Of a stretch of 64,000 nt of DNA, positions 8,667-18,633 are shown piece after piece. Below the pieces are notes generated by a model. That model was given only the letters and a program-made list of their open reading frames with translations, searched no databases and had not been told where the DNA came from. The position numbers were made by a program, and so were the translations under genes. This stretch comes from Bacillota bacterium. GTDB lineage: Bacteria > Bacillota > Clostridia > Christensenellales > DTU072. Location of the stretch: contig WQYD01000001.1 of assembly GCA_009781445.1 (NCBI GenBank), positions 73,126 through 137,125 of the forward strand, in the 5' to 3' direction. Position 1 is the stretch's first letter; the number at the start of each line of letters is the position of its first letter.

Positions 8667-9368
8667 ATGCTTAAAATTGATAATTTGTACAAGAAGTACC
8701 TCGGTAGCGAGCGTTTTTCCGTTGAAAACCTAAGTTTAGAGCTTAATAAGGGGGAAATCTTTGGTTTCCTTGGCAAAAACGGCGCAGGTAAATCCACCAC
8801 CATTAAATGCTTAACAGGAATTTTTCCGTTTAACTCAGGCACGATAACCATTTGCGGGCATGATATTTCAAGCGATCCTATAAATGCAAAATTAAATATG
8901 GGCTATGTGCCGGACGATCATTCGGTGTACGAAAAAATGACTGGGCGCGAATATGTTAATTACATAGCAGACATTTACCGCGTGAGTAAAGCGGACAGAG
9001 ATGCAAGGCTTAATCAATTTTTAGATAAATTTAACCTTCAAAGGGCGGTGGATTTGCAAATTAAATCCTATTCGCACGGTATGAAACAAAAAATCTGCAT
9101 AATCGGCGCGCTTATTCACAATCCGCGCCTTTGGGTTCTGGACGAACCTATGATGGGGCTTGATCCCCAATCCATGTCTGAAATCCTTAAAAAGATGCGC
9201 GAACACTGTGCGGAAGGCAACACGGTGTTCTTTTCAAGCCATAATCTTGATCTCGTGGCAAAAATCTGCCACCGCGCCGCAATCGTAAGTGACGGCAGGC
9301 TTCATTCCATAATAGACTTGAGCGTGGAAGAAAATCAAAAAACGCTTGAGGAAACATTATGGCAATAA
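8667..9368 (+). CDS. ABC transporter ATP-binding protein
   Basis: Walker A GKNGAGKST, signature YSHGMKQK, Walker B LWVLDEP. I prefer ATG 8667 (MLKIDNLYKKY, a typical ABC N-terminus) over the upstream TTG at 8586. No clear SD, so the start is uncertain. Confidence 0.8.
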   Translation: MLKIDNLYKKYLGSERFSVENLSLELNKGEIFGFLGKNGAGKSTTIKCLTGIFPFNSGTITICGHDISSDPINAKLNMGYVPDDHSVYEKMTGREYVNYIADIYRVSKADRDARLNQFLDKFNLQRAVDLQIKSYSHGMKQKICIIGALIHNPRLWVLDEPMMGLDPQSMSEILKKMREHCAEGNTVFFSSHNLDLVAKICHRAAIVSDGRLHSIIDLSVEENQKTLEETLWQ

Positions 9369-9373
9369 CTTAA

Positions 9374-9554
9374 CAGCGCACAACGCACAGCGCACAGCGC
9401 ACAATGGTGGATTCTAAATCTCATTATTTAGTTAATTAAACCACAATTCGTACTTTGTACTTTGTACTTCGTACCTAAATAAATAATTCCTTCACTGTGC
9501 GCTGTGCGTTGTGCGCTGTGCGCTGATAAAATTCACAATTCGTACCTCGTACTT
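9374..9554 (+). repeat. Palindromic heptamer-array element, copy B
   Basis: Left arm (CAGCGCA)x4 at 9374-9403, core 9406-9448, (CGTACTT)-type array 9449-9475, junction AATAATTCCTTCA, inverted arm (TGTGCGC)x4 at 9495-9525. Near-identical to copy G. Confidence 0.9.
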
Positions 9555-9562
9555 AAAAAATT

Positions 9563-11173
9563 ATGCACACCATAAAAACCCTACTCGGTTTAGAGTTTAA
9601 ATCAAAATTCGGCTCAAGTGGCTTAAAGGATAAAAAGGCGGTTATCCGCCTTGTGGTGTCGCTTGCGTTTTTTGCACTTGTGATTTATTTTCTTTATGCG
9701 GGCGCGAAGCTGATTTTTGGAATGTTTGATGTGGCAGGAATGGCACGCCAAGCGTTGACGCTTATTTTTACTTTGCTGTTTATTCTGTTTTGCGTGATGG
9801 GCGTGTCTAACACAATCAAGGTGCTTTATTACAAGGGCGATAACCTTATACTAATGCGCTTCCCCGTTACGGACGGTGAGGTGTTTATATCCAAAACGCT
9901 TTTCCTTTTAATTTCACAAACCGCAATCACAATCGGTTCGGTTGTGCCTATGCTTTTGGCTTACGGCGTAACGGTGGGTGTGGATTCATTTTTTTACGCT
10001 ATGATTCCTGCGGTTATTTTCTTTTTAATTGCCATACCTTATTTCATTTCTAATGTGCTTGCAATTCCCTTCATGCACCTAACTAACAGAATCAGAAACC
10101 GCTTTGGTTTAATTATTGCTATGCTTGCCGTGTTTATTGCGGGAATGTTTGCGTGCTATATGCTTATTTTTTCAAGCATAGTTACCTTCTTAAACGATAG
10201 CAGTTTAACGATTTTTTCGGGTGAAGTGGTGGACATGATTAAGGGCATGACTTACTATTTTATCCCCACAAAATATTTTGCGGATTTGCTTTTGAAGCAA
10301 GAAGTGTATTTTGCGATGCCCGCGCTTATCGGACTCACGGGTGCGCTTGGCGCAGGAACAGTGGCAGTGATAACCAAAATGTACTCTAAAACACTTTTAA
10401 AAAATGTGGAAATTGAGGGAAGCGCGTTTAAAAAAATCACGGTTAATAAACCGCGCCCCGTGTTCGTGGCGTTGCTTAAAAAGGAATTTATTCAAATTTT
10501 CCGTTCTGTAAATTACAGCTTTCAATATTTCGTGCTTGCCTGCGCAATGCCAGTAATGGTGTATTTTTGCAATGATATCGTTACCGCAATCGCAAAGCAA
10601 TCTGTGGGCGAACAGGCGGCAATGGGAATCTCAATTCTTGTTATGCTTATCTTTGCCACGGTTATCACCAGCTTTTCGGCAACTTCCGTAACAAGAGAGG
10701 GCAATAATTTTTACCAAACAAAAGTGCTTCCTGTGCCTATCCGAACTCAACTTCTTTCTAAGTTCGTGATATACGCAATCGTATCGTTTTCAGCCACGCT
10801 AATCTGCGTTACCGCACTTGCAATTGCAGGGTATATAAGCGCGCTTAACGCACTTTGGTTATTTGGAATCACCGAATCTCTTGCGCTTGCAATGACGCTG
10901 AGATCAATGAAGTACGACATTAAAAAGCCGAATTTTAACATGGTGGGCGAAGGCGAACTTGTAAGCAATAACACTAACACGGGGCTTGCTATGGGGTTTG
11001 GTTTTTTGGTTGCAATCGTTATGGGGCTTACCTCAATATTCGCCGCGTACTTCCTTACGCAAACATATATGTATCTTATTTGTTCGGGCTTGGCAGTGTT
11101 AATTATCGCTTACTGCCTGTTAACTTTTTTCTACAAAGTTACCAAAAGATACAACGCTATTGTACACAGATAA
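9563..11173 (+). CDS. Polytopic membrane protein, putative permease partner of the ABC ATPase
   Basis: 536 aa with about 12 hydrophobic segments. Adjacent to the ATPase and overlaps the next gene. Resembles 'putative ABC exporter' type permeases (recollection only). Confidence 0.6.
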   Translation: MHTIKTLLGLEFKSKFGSSGLKDKKAVIRLVVSLAFFALVIYFLYAGAKLIFGMFDVAGMARQALTLIFTLLFILFCVMGVSNTIKVLYYKGDNLILMRFPVTDGEVFISKTLFLLISQTAITIGSVVPMLLAYGVTVGVDSFFYAMIPAVIFFLIAIPYFISNVLAIPFMHLTNRIRNRFGLIIAMLAVFIAGMFACYMLIFSSIVTFLNDSSLTIFSGEVVDMIKGMTYYFIPTKYFADLLLKQEVYFAMPALIGLTGALGAGTVAVITKMYSKTLLKNVEIEGSAFKKITVNKPRPVFVALLKKEFIQIFRSVNYSFQYFVLACAMPVMVYFCNDIVTAIAKQSVGEQAAMGISILVMLIFATVITSFSATSVTREGNNFYQTKVLPVPIRTQLLSKFVIYAIVSFSATLICVTALAIAGYISALNALWLFGITESLALAMTLRSMKYDIKKPNFNMVGEGELVSNNTNTGLAMGFGFLVAIVMGLTSIFAAYFLTQTYMYLICSGLAVLIIAYCLLTFFYKVTKRYNAIVHR

Positions 11174-11183
11174 AAGGATCGCA

Positions 11184-13745
11184 ATGAAAAAATTCTTAAT
11201 ATCCGTAATCTTCATAATCCCAATAATAATCGTGCTTACCCTTAACGCGGCAGGCACGCTGATTTCGCGCACTTCCCCTGTGAACGCAAGAGATTTAAAA
11301 ATCTATGATGCTTCGGGAAGGGAACTTACCGCAAATTCAGTTATCACTGTAAGCACATTTGAAGAGTTTAGAATCCGTGTGGAAATCCTTCCTGCAATCT
11401 CTTACGATAGAGATATTACATATGTTCATGACGATATAGACGATAGCGGTGAGGTGAAATTGGTGCGCCAAGGTAACACGCATTGGTACAGCGTGGAAGC
11501 CATTGAATCAGGCACGGCAAGGCTACTTATATCGCCTTCGTCTAACACCAATATAAGGCGCGCTTTGAATATAATTGTGCGCAGTACCGTTATCCGCGAA
11601 ATGAGAGTTTTTGACGGCAACGGCGCACGCGTGGAAACACTTTCGCTTAACGGCGGATCGTTCGTGTACGGCGATATTCACCCCGCCGATGCGCTTGACG
11701 GCGAACAGTGGTGGGAAAGCGCGAACCCCTCTGTGGTAACCGTTTCAAGGAACGGATTCTTAACCCCTCAAAGAAACGGCGAAACAACTGTGTTTTTGAA
11801 AGCGTGGGATAAAGAGGGCAATTTGCATGAGGAAGCAATAAGGGTTTCTTCGTGGGACGCGCTTGTTAAAACTAATGTTGTTTACGCTTCGCAAGAGGTT
11901 AGCGAAGAGTGGATAAGGGCTAATATTTTGGTAAATCAAAACGCTACCGTAAGCGGTGGCGGAAACAAGTTCACAGTAACCCACGGCACGCGCAGTGAGG
12001 TGATAAACATATATGAATGCGGTGAAAACGACATTGAATTTAGTGAACACGAAAACCTTTTATACACTAACAACGGGGCGCATTACATAGGTGTGAGATA
12101 TAAGGATATGCTAAGAGAGGACGCGCCTGATTTCACGCTTACTATAGCGGAAGACGAAGATAAGGATAGCCCAAAACCAATAAGCCTTTTAGGTGTGCGG
12201 GACGGGCAATACCGCATTCAAACCAACGCCCACGGCAGTGCGGTAATTGAGGCGGAAAGCGGTGGCGAAAAAATTTCAACCACTATCACCGTCCGTGAAA
12301 AACCGCTTGCATTTAACCTATTGTATAACAGCGAAGATTACCGCCTTGGCATAAGGCAAACGCGGGATTTCGCGCTTAATTTTTATAACAATAAAGAGGG
12401 CGGTGAACCCGATATAGAGGATTTAATTAGCACGATTCAGTTTGGCGCAACTGTGCTTGGTTCGGAAGAAGGCGGTACGGATTTCTTGTGGGAATCCTCA
12501 GATAAAGACGCGTTAAACATATGTGAAAACGCAAAAATTGAGTTTAAAAAGGCAGGGCTGGGCAAGAGTATAACCGTTACGGCATTCGTGCAAGTTTATA
12601 ATTATTTGGCGCAAGTCCGCCGTAGCTTCACATTCAATATATATGAAGAAGAGAACGCAGTTAACTGCTACACATATGAAGAAGTGCGCTTGGCTTACGA
12701 ACACGGCTTCGTGCCTGTGGTGCAAAACGATATACAGCTTCTTGATAGATTAAACGGAACCACAAGCATAATCGGAAACGGCTTCTTGCTTGACGGCAGA
12801 GGATTAGACGGCGGTAGAATTATTGAATACAGGCAAGGAAATCTTGCTATACCCGAAAAGGATATATTCGTTATAGACATTGTGGGCGAGGGTGCGGATC
12901 ATGATTCTTATGACGAAAACAGCCCTGCGGGATTAAGGTTTGTGGATATAAAAACCGCTAAGATTTTTATTACAAATGTGATACTTCAATACCTCAGCGA
13001 AGGGGTAGTTCTTGAGGAAAATCTATATGCGGAAATTGAGGGTTCTATAATCGGCGATTGCGCGCTTACCGCATTTAACATAAGAAGTAAAGCCACTGAA
13101 GACGATACGCTTGTGTTCACAAATGTGATCCTCAAAACCACAGGCGGGCCCTCAATGGTATCAAGCCCCGTTGGGTTTGACGCAGGCGTTTTTAAAAATC
13201 AATACCTGCCCAAAATGTACATAAACGGATTCATGGATATATATAATTGGGTTACGCCTGAGCAACTGCAATCACTTATCGGCAAGCTTGGCGAAGGCGC
13301 GATTTCTGATCTTACAGACGGTGTGCCTGCGCTTGATGCAACTAAGCTTTTTGAGTATTTGGCAGAGTTTTTAACAAGGCTACTTCTGCGCCCTGAAAAT
13401 GCAAGCCTCTTTTATTACGATGTGAGGACAGGGCAAAACTATGTGAACCTTGGTTCGTTCTTTATTGGCTTGTACGGAATAGCCGATGCTTCCCAAGTTG
13501 TGATAGAGGATAAATCTCTAACCCTTTTACCTATCACAGTTCCGCGTTCTGAACTTAGAGTCTCACCTGTAGTTTTTGCGGCGAACGCGGCAGTGCAACT
13601 TGCGTCTAAAATGGAAGCGGACTTAATGCGCCCAAGCTATATCTTAACTTACAACATGGCAGATGCCCCGCCTAAGAACCGCCCCGGTGATCCTATCCCC
13701 CAAAATGAAGAAACATTTAACAAGCTAACAAGCGTGTACAGATAG
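11184..13745 (+). CDS. Exported or membrane-anchored protein with Ig-like (Big_2-like) repeats and a probable parallel beta-helix region
   Basis: N-terminal TM/signal (MKKFLISVIFIIPIIIVLTL). Big_2-like segment (VTVSRNGFLTPQRNGETTVFLKAWD). IIGNGFLLDGRGLDGG and repetitive V/I-x-N strands suggest a beta-helix. Start ATG 11184 lies within the overlap with the permease gene. Confidence 0.5.
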   Translation: MKKFLISVIFIIPIIIVLTLNAAGTLISRTSPVNARDLKIYDASGRELTANSVITVSTFEEFRIRVEILPAISYDRDITYVHDDIDDSGEVKLVRQGNTHWYSVEAIESGTARLLISPSSNTNIRRALNIIVRSTVIREMRVFDGNGARVETLSLNGGSFVYGDIHPADALDGEQWWESANPSVVTVSRNGFLTPQRNGETTVFLKAWDKEGNLHEEAIRVSSWDALVKTNVVYASQEVSEEWIRANILVNQNATVSGGGNKFTVTHGTRSEVINIYECGENDIEFSEHENLLYTNNGAHYIGVRYKDMLREDAPDFTLTIAEDEDKDSPKPISLLGVRDGQYRIQTNAHGSAVIEAESGGEKISTTITVREKPLAFNLLYNSEDYRLGIRQTRDFALNFYNNKEGGEPDIEDLISTIQFGATVLGSEEGGTDFLWESSDKDALNICENAKIEFKKAGLGKSITVTAFVQVYNYLAQVRRSFTFNIYEEENAVNCYTYEEVRLAYEHGFVPVVQNDIQLLDRLNGTTSIIGNGFLLDGRGLDGGRIIEYRQGNLAIPEKDIFVIDIVGEGADHDSYDENSPAGLRFVDIKTAKIFITNVILQYLSEGVVLEENLYAEIEGSIIGDCALTAFNIRSKATEDDTLVFTNVILKTTGGPSMVSSPVGFDAGVFKNQYLPKMYINGFMDIYNWVTPEQLQSLIGKLGEGAISDLTDGVPALDATKLFEYLAEFLTRLLLRPENASLFYYDVRTGQNYVNLGSFFIGLYGIADASQVVIEDKSLTLLPITVPRSELRVSPVVFAANAAVQLASKMEADLMRPSYILTYNMADAPPKNRPGDPIPQNEETFNKLTSVYR

Positions 13746-13800
13746 CGCGCAACTTGGGAATAATAGAAGGAAATTAAACTCACAGGAAACATAAAAACAT

Positions 13801-14496
13801 ATGATTGCAATAGTATCCGCACTTGAAATGGAATTAGAACCCTTCGTAAATGTACTTGAGGAAGCACAGGTAACTTACATTTCCGGCTTGCGTTTTCTGA
13901 TAGGAAAAATTAAGGGGGTTAAAGTTGTTCTCTCGCTTTTGGGCATAGGTAAGGTGAATTCCGCTTACGGCACAGGCGTACTTGTGTCAAACTTTGATCT
14001 AAATTTAATTCTGTTTTCAGGTGTGTCCGCAGGGCTTAAAAATGTGAAAGAACTTGAAACCGTTATCGCGCTTTCGTGTGTGCTTCACGATTGCGATGCC
14101 ACCGCAGGGGGGTATCCGCGTGGGTATGTTTTCGGGCTTAACACCGTGAATATGGATTGTTCAAGCGAAGCGGTGACAATTTTTAAAAAGGCTTTGCCAA
14201 GCGCAAAGTTGGGCGTTATTGCAAGCGGTGATAAATTTATTGCAAGCAAAGAAGATGCGGATTTTTTAGAAAAAACCTTTAACGCAATTGCCGTGGATAT
14301 GGAATCCGCTTCCGTGGCACAGGCGTCTGAAATAGCAAAAATTCCCTTTGTAGCAATCCGCACGGCATCGGATAGCGGGCGCGGTTCTGCTTTCGGGGAT
14401 TACAAAAAGAACGCGCCCACCGCCTCAAAACTTTCCGCAAAAGCAGTGCTTGAAGCATTAGCCGAACTCGGCGCACACTTTAAAAAACATATGTAA
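13801..14496 (+). CDS. mtnN: 5'-methylthioadenosine/S-adenosylhomocysteine nucleosidase
   Basis: IAIVSALEMELEPF, GIGKVNSAY, FSGVSAGL and VDMESASVAQ are typical Pfs/MtnN motifs. Confidence 0.85.
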   Translation: MIAIVSALEMELEPFVNVLEEAQVTYISGLRFLIGKIKGVKVVLSLLGIGKVNSAYGTGVLVSNFDLNLILFSGVSAGLKNVKELETVIALSCVLHDCDATAGGYPRGYVFGLNTVNMDCSSEAVTIFKKALPSAKLGVIASGDKFIASKEDADFLEKTFNAIAVDMESASVAQASEIAKIPFVAIRTASDSGRGSAFGDYKKNAPTASKLSAKAVLEALAELGAHFKKHM

Positions 14497-14498
14497 TT

Positions 14499-16373
14499 AT
14501 GATATTCAGAAAGAGTAAACACGCAAAAACATATAACATTCTGTACACCTTGTTCAAGGATCTCGTTGCTTGTTCGGGGGCGTATCTTTCCGCATATTTT
14601 GTGGGCAGAAACGGCGTGCCGTTTGATTTTCAAGCGCAGGCAATTTTAATGAGTGTGGCGGTTGTTGCCACAATGTTCTTCTTGTTCTTATTCAGGTGTT
14701 ACAGAGTTGTGTGGCGTTACGCGGGCGCACCCGAAATGGTTAATGTTATAGGTGCGCATGTGCTTAGCTATGTGGTACTCGTTGCCGTGCAGGTGGCAGG
14801 CGGATTAGATGTGTCTATCGCGGTGCTAACTCTTTACGCATTCTTTAGCTTAAGTTTCACAGGGGTAATGCGTTTTAACAAAACCGTGATTGCGGCACTT
14901 GCAAGAAAGTTCGGCGATAAGAGGCTTGTGCCTGTGGAAAATGTGATTATTTATGGCGCGGGTTACACGGGCGCAATGCTTACGAAAAGGTTTTTTGAAA
15001 ACCCTCAGGACGGATATAACCCTGTGGCGATTCTTGACGATGATCCAAAAAAGAAATCCGAAGCTATATCGGGCGTGCGCATTGTGGGCGGTAGAGAATC
15101 AATCCGCGATGCAATGAGGATTTATAAAGCCTCAACTATAATTATTGCAATCACAAATATGACGCGCCCTGAGCTAACCACGCTTTATGCGGAATGCTTG
15201 AAGCACGATGCCCGCGTGAAGGTGGTTAATAATATTTCCGCCATTGAGGAAAAACTTAGCACGGAAGCCGTTTCGCTTAAGAGTATTAACATTGAGGATT
15301 TGCTTAGAAGGCGCGAGAGGGAAACTAATGAGGAACTTTTAAAAAGCCTCATTGAAGATAAGATTGTTATGGTTACGGGGGGCGCAGGTTCAATCGGAAG
15401 TGAACTTTGCCGTCAAGCGTTAAAAAATAACTGCAAGCACCTTGTGATTTTTGATCACCATGAAAACGGTATGTTTGAAATTAACGAGGAACTTAAGAAA
15501 AATTATCCCGCGCTTGAACCTAAGAATTATCCGTACTCTCTTGTGGTGGGTTCGGTTAAGGATAGAAATAAGTTAAGAAAAGTTATGGAACATTTTAAGC
15601 CCGAAATCGTGTTTCATGCGGCGGCGTATAAGCATGTGCCTATGATGGAAATCAATGCGGACGAAGCGGTGAAAAATAATATTTTCGGCACTCGTAATGT
15701 GATTGAACAATGCGAAGAAAGCCTCGTGAAAAAATTCATTTTAATATCCACAGATAAGGCTGTTAACCCAGCGAACATTATGGGCGCAAGCAAAAGAATG
15801 GCAGAACTTTTGGTGGAAGCAAAATCAATGGATAAGAATTCTAAAACCACTTATTCGGCGGTGAGGTTCGGAAATGTGCTTGGTTCGTCTGGCAGTGTTA
15901 TCCCCACATTTGTAAAGCAGATAAATCAGGGCGGGCCTGTTACTGTCACGCATGAGGAAATGCAAAGATATTTTATGACGATTCCCGAAGCCGTTAAACT
16001 TGTTATGCAGGCAGGGGGCTTGGCGGACGGCGGTGAAGTTTTTGTGCTTGACATGGGTGAGCCTGTGTATATAAAACACCTTGCTGAGGATCTGATTAAA
16101 CTTTCGGGGCTTAAACCGCATAAAGATATAGAGATAGTGTATTCGGGGCTGAGGCCGGGTGAAAAACTTTTTGAGGAACTTAAGTTTGACGATGAAGATG
16201 TATCTAAAACTTCACACGGCGAAATCTTTGCTTACAAACTTGAAACAGTGGATATTAAAAAGCTGACTTCCGTTCTAACCCGCCTTGAAAAGGCATCTGA
16301 AAATCCTATTGATACTACCGAAGCTGAAAATTTAATATTTGAAATTGTACCCGATACTTATAGAAATAAGTAA
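14499..16373 (+). CDS. Membrane-anchored nucleotide-sugar 4,6-dehydratase/epimerase (CapD/PglF/WbpM-like polysaccharide biosynthesis protein)
   Basis: Four N-terminal TM segments, Rossmann motif VTGGAGSIGSEL, AAAYKHVP (YxxxK), STDKAVNPANIMGASKR. Confidence 0.85.
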   Translation: MIFRKSKHAKTYNILYTLFKDLVACSGAYLSAYFVGRNGVPFDFQAQAILMSVAVVATMFFLFLFRCYRVVWRYAGAPEMVNVIGAHVLSYVVLVAVQVAGGLDVSIAVLTLYAFFSLSFTGVMRFNKTVIAALARKFGDKRLVPVENVIIYGAGYTGAMLTKRFFENPQDGYNPVAILDDDPKKKSEAISGVRIVGGRESIRDAMRIYKASTIIIAITNMTRPELTTLYAECLKHDARVKVVNNISAIEEKLSTEAVSLKSINIEDLLRRRERETNEELLKSLIEDKIVMVTGGAGSIGSELCRQALKNNCKHLVIFDHHENGMFEINEELKKNYPALEPKNYPYSLVVGSVKDRNKLRKVMEHFKPEIVFHAAAYKHVPMMEINADEAVKNNIFGTRNVIEQCEESLVKKFILISTDKAVNPANIMGASKRMAELLVEAKSMDKNSKTTYSAVRFGNVLGSSGSVIPTFVKQINQGGPVTVTHEEMQRYFMTIPEAVKLVMQAGGLADGGEVFVLDMGEPVYIKHLAEDLIKLSGLKPHKDIEIVYSGLRPGEKLFEELKFDDEDVSKTSHGEIFAYKLETVDIKKLTSVLTRLEKASENPIDTTEAENLIFEIVPDTYRNK

Positions 16374-16397
16374 AATGGAATATTAGGAACAAATAAA

Positions 16398-17696
16398 ATG
16401 AAATATTTCGGAACAGACGGAATCCGCGGATTAAATGAAATTTTTACCGAAGGCTTCCTTAAAAAAATCGCAAGCGCAACCGTAAAGCTGTTTGGCAAAA
16501 ACAGCCCTATTGCCATTGCAAGAGATACGAGGGTAAGCGGAAGATTCATTGAAGAAACCCTTGCAAGGTTCTTAACGGACTATGGGGCAAATGTAATTTT
16601 GCTTGATATAACGGCAACGCCCGTGTGTGCTTATGCCACCAAGGTGCTTAAATGCAGTGCGGGAATAATGATTTCTGCTTCGCACAATCCACCCGAATAT
16701 AACGGCATTAAATTCTTTGGCGGTAACGGCGCAAAACTTCCCAGTGAAGCAGAACTTGAAAGGCTGATTGATTGTGAGGAAGAAATTATAAGTGAGAAAG
16801 GTGAAATTTCCCACGCAGACGCTGATACCTTATATATTGAATACATTCTTGAAAAACTTGGCGAAGATAAACCGCTTGAGGGCTTAAAAGTTTTGCTTGA
16901 TACGGCTAACGGCGCGTGCGCTTTTGTTGCCCCAAGGTTATTTAACGCGCTTGGCGCAACCGTAACCGTAATTGCTAATGATACCTCAGGGTTATGGATT
17001 AACGAAAATTGCGGTGCAACCCATTGGGAAAATTTAGTGTCCGCCATGGACGAAGGGGATTACGACATAGGATTTACCTATGACGGTGACGGTGATCGCG
17101 TTATGGCGGTTAAGTGCGGAAAGGTGTTTGACGGCGATCATATTATATTCGTTCTTGCAAAGCACCTTAAAATGAACAAAAAAGAGGAAGTAGGCACAGT
17201 AGTAGGCACTGTTATGACTAACTACGGGGCAGAAAAAGCCTTCAAGCAAATAGGGGTAAACTTTTTGCGTGCTAAAGTTGGCGATAAATATGTTTACCAA
17301 GAAATGTGCAAACTAAATTCGGAGATAGGCGGGGAAGCAAGCGGGCATATTATTTTAAGAAAATACCAAGAAACAGGGGACGGCTTGCTTGCTTCGGCTG
17401 TTGTGGCACTTACGGATAAAGAAAGCGATATTCTTATGCTTGACGATATTAAAGAGTATCCACAAATATCCAAAGATATTATGACTACGCCACAAAAGGT
17501 AATAAAGTTTAACGAAAGCGAAGAAATTGCAAAATACTTAGAAGAAATTAAGGATAAAATTAACGGCAGGGCGGTGGTGCGCGCTTCGGGAACAGAACCA
17601 AGGATAAGAATAATGGTGGAAACCGCCTGCGAAAGCGAAGCGGAAAAAACTGCGCTTGAAATTAGAAACCGCATATTAAAAGAAATTGAGGATTAA
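16398..17696 (+). CDS. glmM: Phosphoglucosamine mutase
   Basis: MKYFGTDGIRG, active-site SASHNPPEYNGIKFF, metal site FTYDGDGDRV, GEASGH. Confidence 0.9.
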   Translation: MKYFGTDGIRGLNEIFTEGFLKKIASATVKLFGKNSPIAIARDTRVSGRFIEETLARFLTDYGANVILLDITATPVCAYATKVLKCSAGIMISASHNPPEYNGIKFFGGNGAKLPSEAELERLIDCEEEIISEKGEISHADADTLYIEYILEKLGEDKPLEGLKVLLDTANGACAFVAPRLFNALGATVTVIANDTSGLWINENCGATHWENLVSAMDEGDYDIGFTYDGDGDRVMAVKCGKVFDGDHIIFVLAKHLKMNKKEEVGTVVGTVMTNYGAEKAFKQIGVNFLRAKVGDKYVYQEMCKLNSEIGGEASGHIILRKYQETGDGLLASAVVALTDKESDILMLDDIKEYPQISKDIMTTPQKVIKFNESEEIAKYLEEIKDKINGRAVVRASGTEPRIRIMVETACESEAEKTALEIRNRILKEIED

Positions 17697-17697
17697 C

Positions 17698-18522
17698 ATG
17701 AAAACTATATATTTAGTAGCCACGGATACCAAATACGCCAAAATGTACGCATACGGCAGTACATTTAATGATTTAATCGGGCAGGAAGTTTGCGGATTTA
17801 AGTTTTTTGACGCCCAAAAAACAGACAAAAAAGGCACGCTAATTGATAGCTACGCTTCGGCTGTTGAGGCGCAAAACGCTATAAGGCACGCAATACTTGA
17901 AAAGCACTTTAATAACGGTGTTTTGATTCAAGATCCTTCTTCCTGCCATATTGAAAAAGATGTGGAAATCGGCGCGGATACGGTGATTTATCCTATGAAT
18001 TACCTAAGAGGTAACACAAAACTGGGCAAAAATGTTACCGTTTTTTCCTATTGCGATATAACCGATACTGAAATCGGCGATAACACCGATATCCGTTCTT
18101 CGTTCAGCTTAGGCGCGAAAATAGGCAATTTTTGCACCGTAGGCCCTTTCGCTACGCTAAGAACAGGGGTAAAAGTGGGGGATAGGTGCAGAGTGGGGGA
18201 CTATGTGGAAATTAAAAATTCTACCCTTGAAAACGATGTGAAAGCGGCGCATTTGGCATATATCGGTGATTCATATGTGGGCGAAGGCACAAATGTGGGT
18301 TGCGGAACGGTGTTTGCGAACTATGACGGCTATCAAAAAAGAAGCGTCCATGTGGGCAAAAATGTGTTTATAGGCTGTAATTCAAACCTCGTTGCCCCCT
18401 TAACCGTGGAAGACGGCGCGTTTATCGCGGCGGGAAGCACAGTAACCCAAGATGTTCCGGGGGATTCGCTTTGCATTGCCCGCGCAAAGCAGGTTATCAA
18501 AACCGAATGGAAAAGAAAGTAA
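17698..18522 (+). CDS. GlmU-like left-handed beta-helix acetyltransferase domain protein, lacking the N-terminal uridyltransferase domain
   Basis: Residues ~65-274 are collinear with the C-terminal half of E. coli GlmU as I recall it (GVLIQDP..., AHLAYIGDSYVGEGTNVGCGTVFANYDGYQKRSVHVGKNVFIGCNSNLVAPLTV). There is no LAAGxGTRM-type nucleotidyltransferase motif. Confidence 0.7.
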   Translation: MKTIYLVATDTKYAKMYAYGSTFNDLIGQEVCGFKFFDAQKTDKKGTLIDSYASAVEAQNAIRHAILEKHFNNGVLIQDPSSCHIEKDVEIGADTVIYPMNYLRGNTKLGKNVTVFSYCDITDTEIGDNTDIRSSFSLGAKIGNFCTVGPFATLRTGVKVGDRCRVGDYVEIKNSTLENDVKAAHLAYIGDSYVGEGTNVGCGTVFANYDGYQKRSVHVGKNVFIGCNSNLVAPLTVEDGAFIAAGSTVTQDVPGDSLCIARAKQVIKTEWKRK

Positions 18523-18603
18523 GCGAAACGCAATAAATCCCTGCGTGGTTTCTTGCATTCTAAACATTTCAGTATAAATTTAGTAAATATTCACCTTAAT
18601 GTA

Positions 18604-18633
18604 TTGCATATGTATGTGCGCGTTATATATAAT
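18604..18633 (+). promoter_or_regulatory. Candidate promoter for the 12.4-kb surface-protein gene
   Basis: TTGCAT (18604-18609), 18-nt spacer, TATAAT (18628-18633). The leader carries GC-rich CGCGCGTG motifs. Confidence 0.5.
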
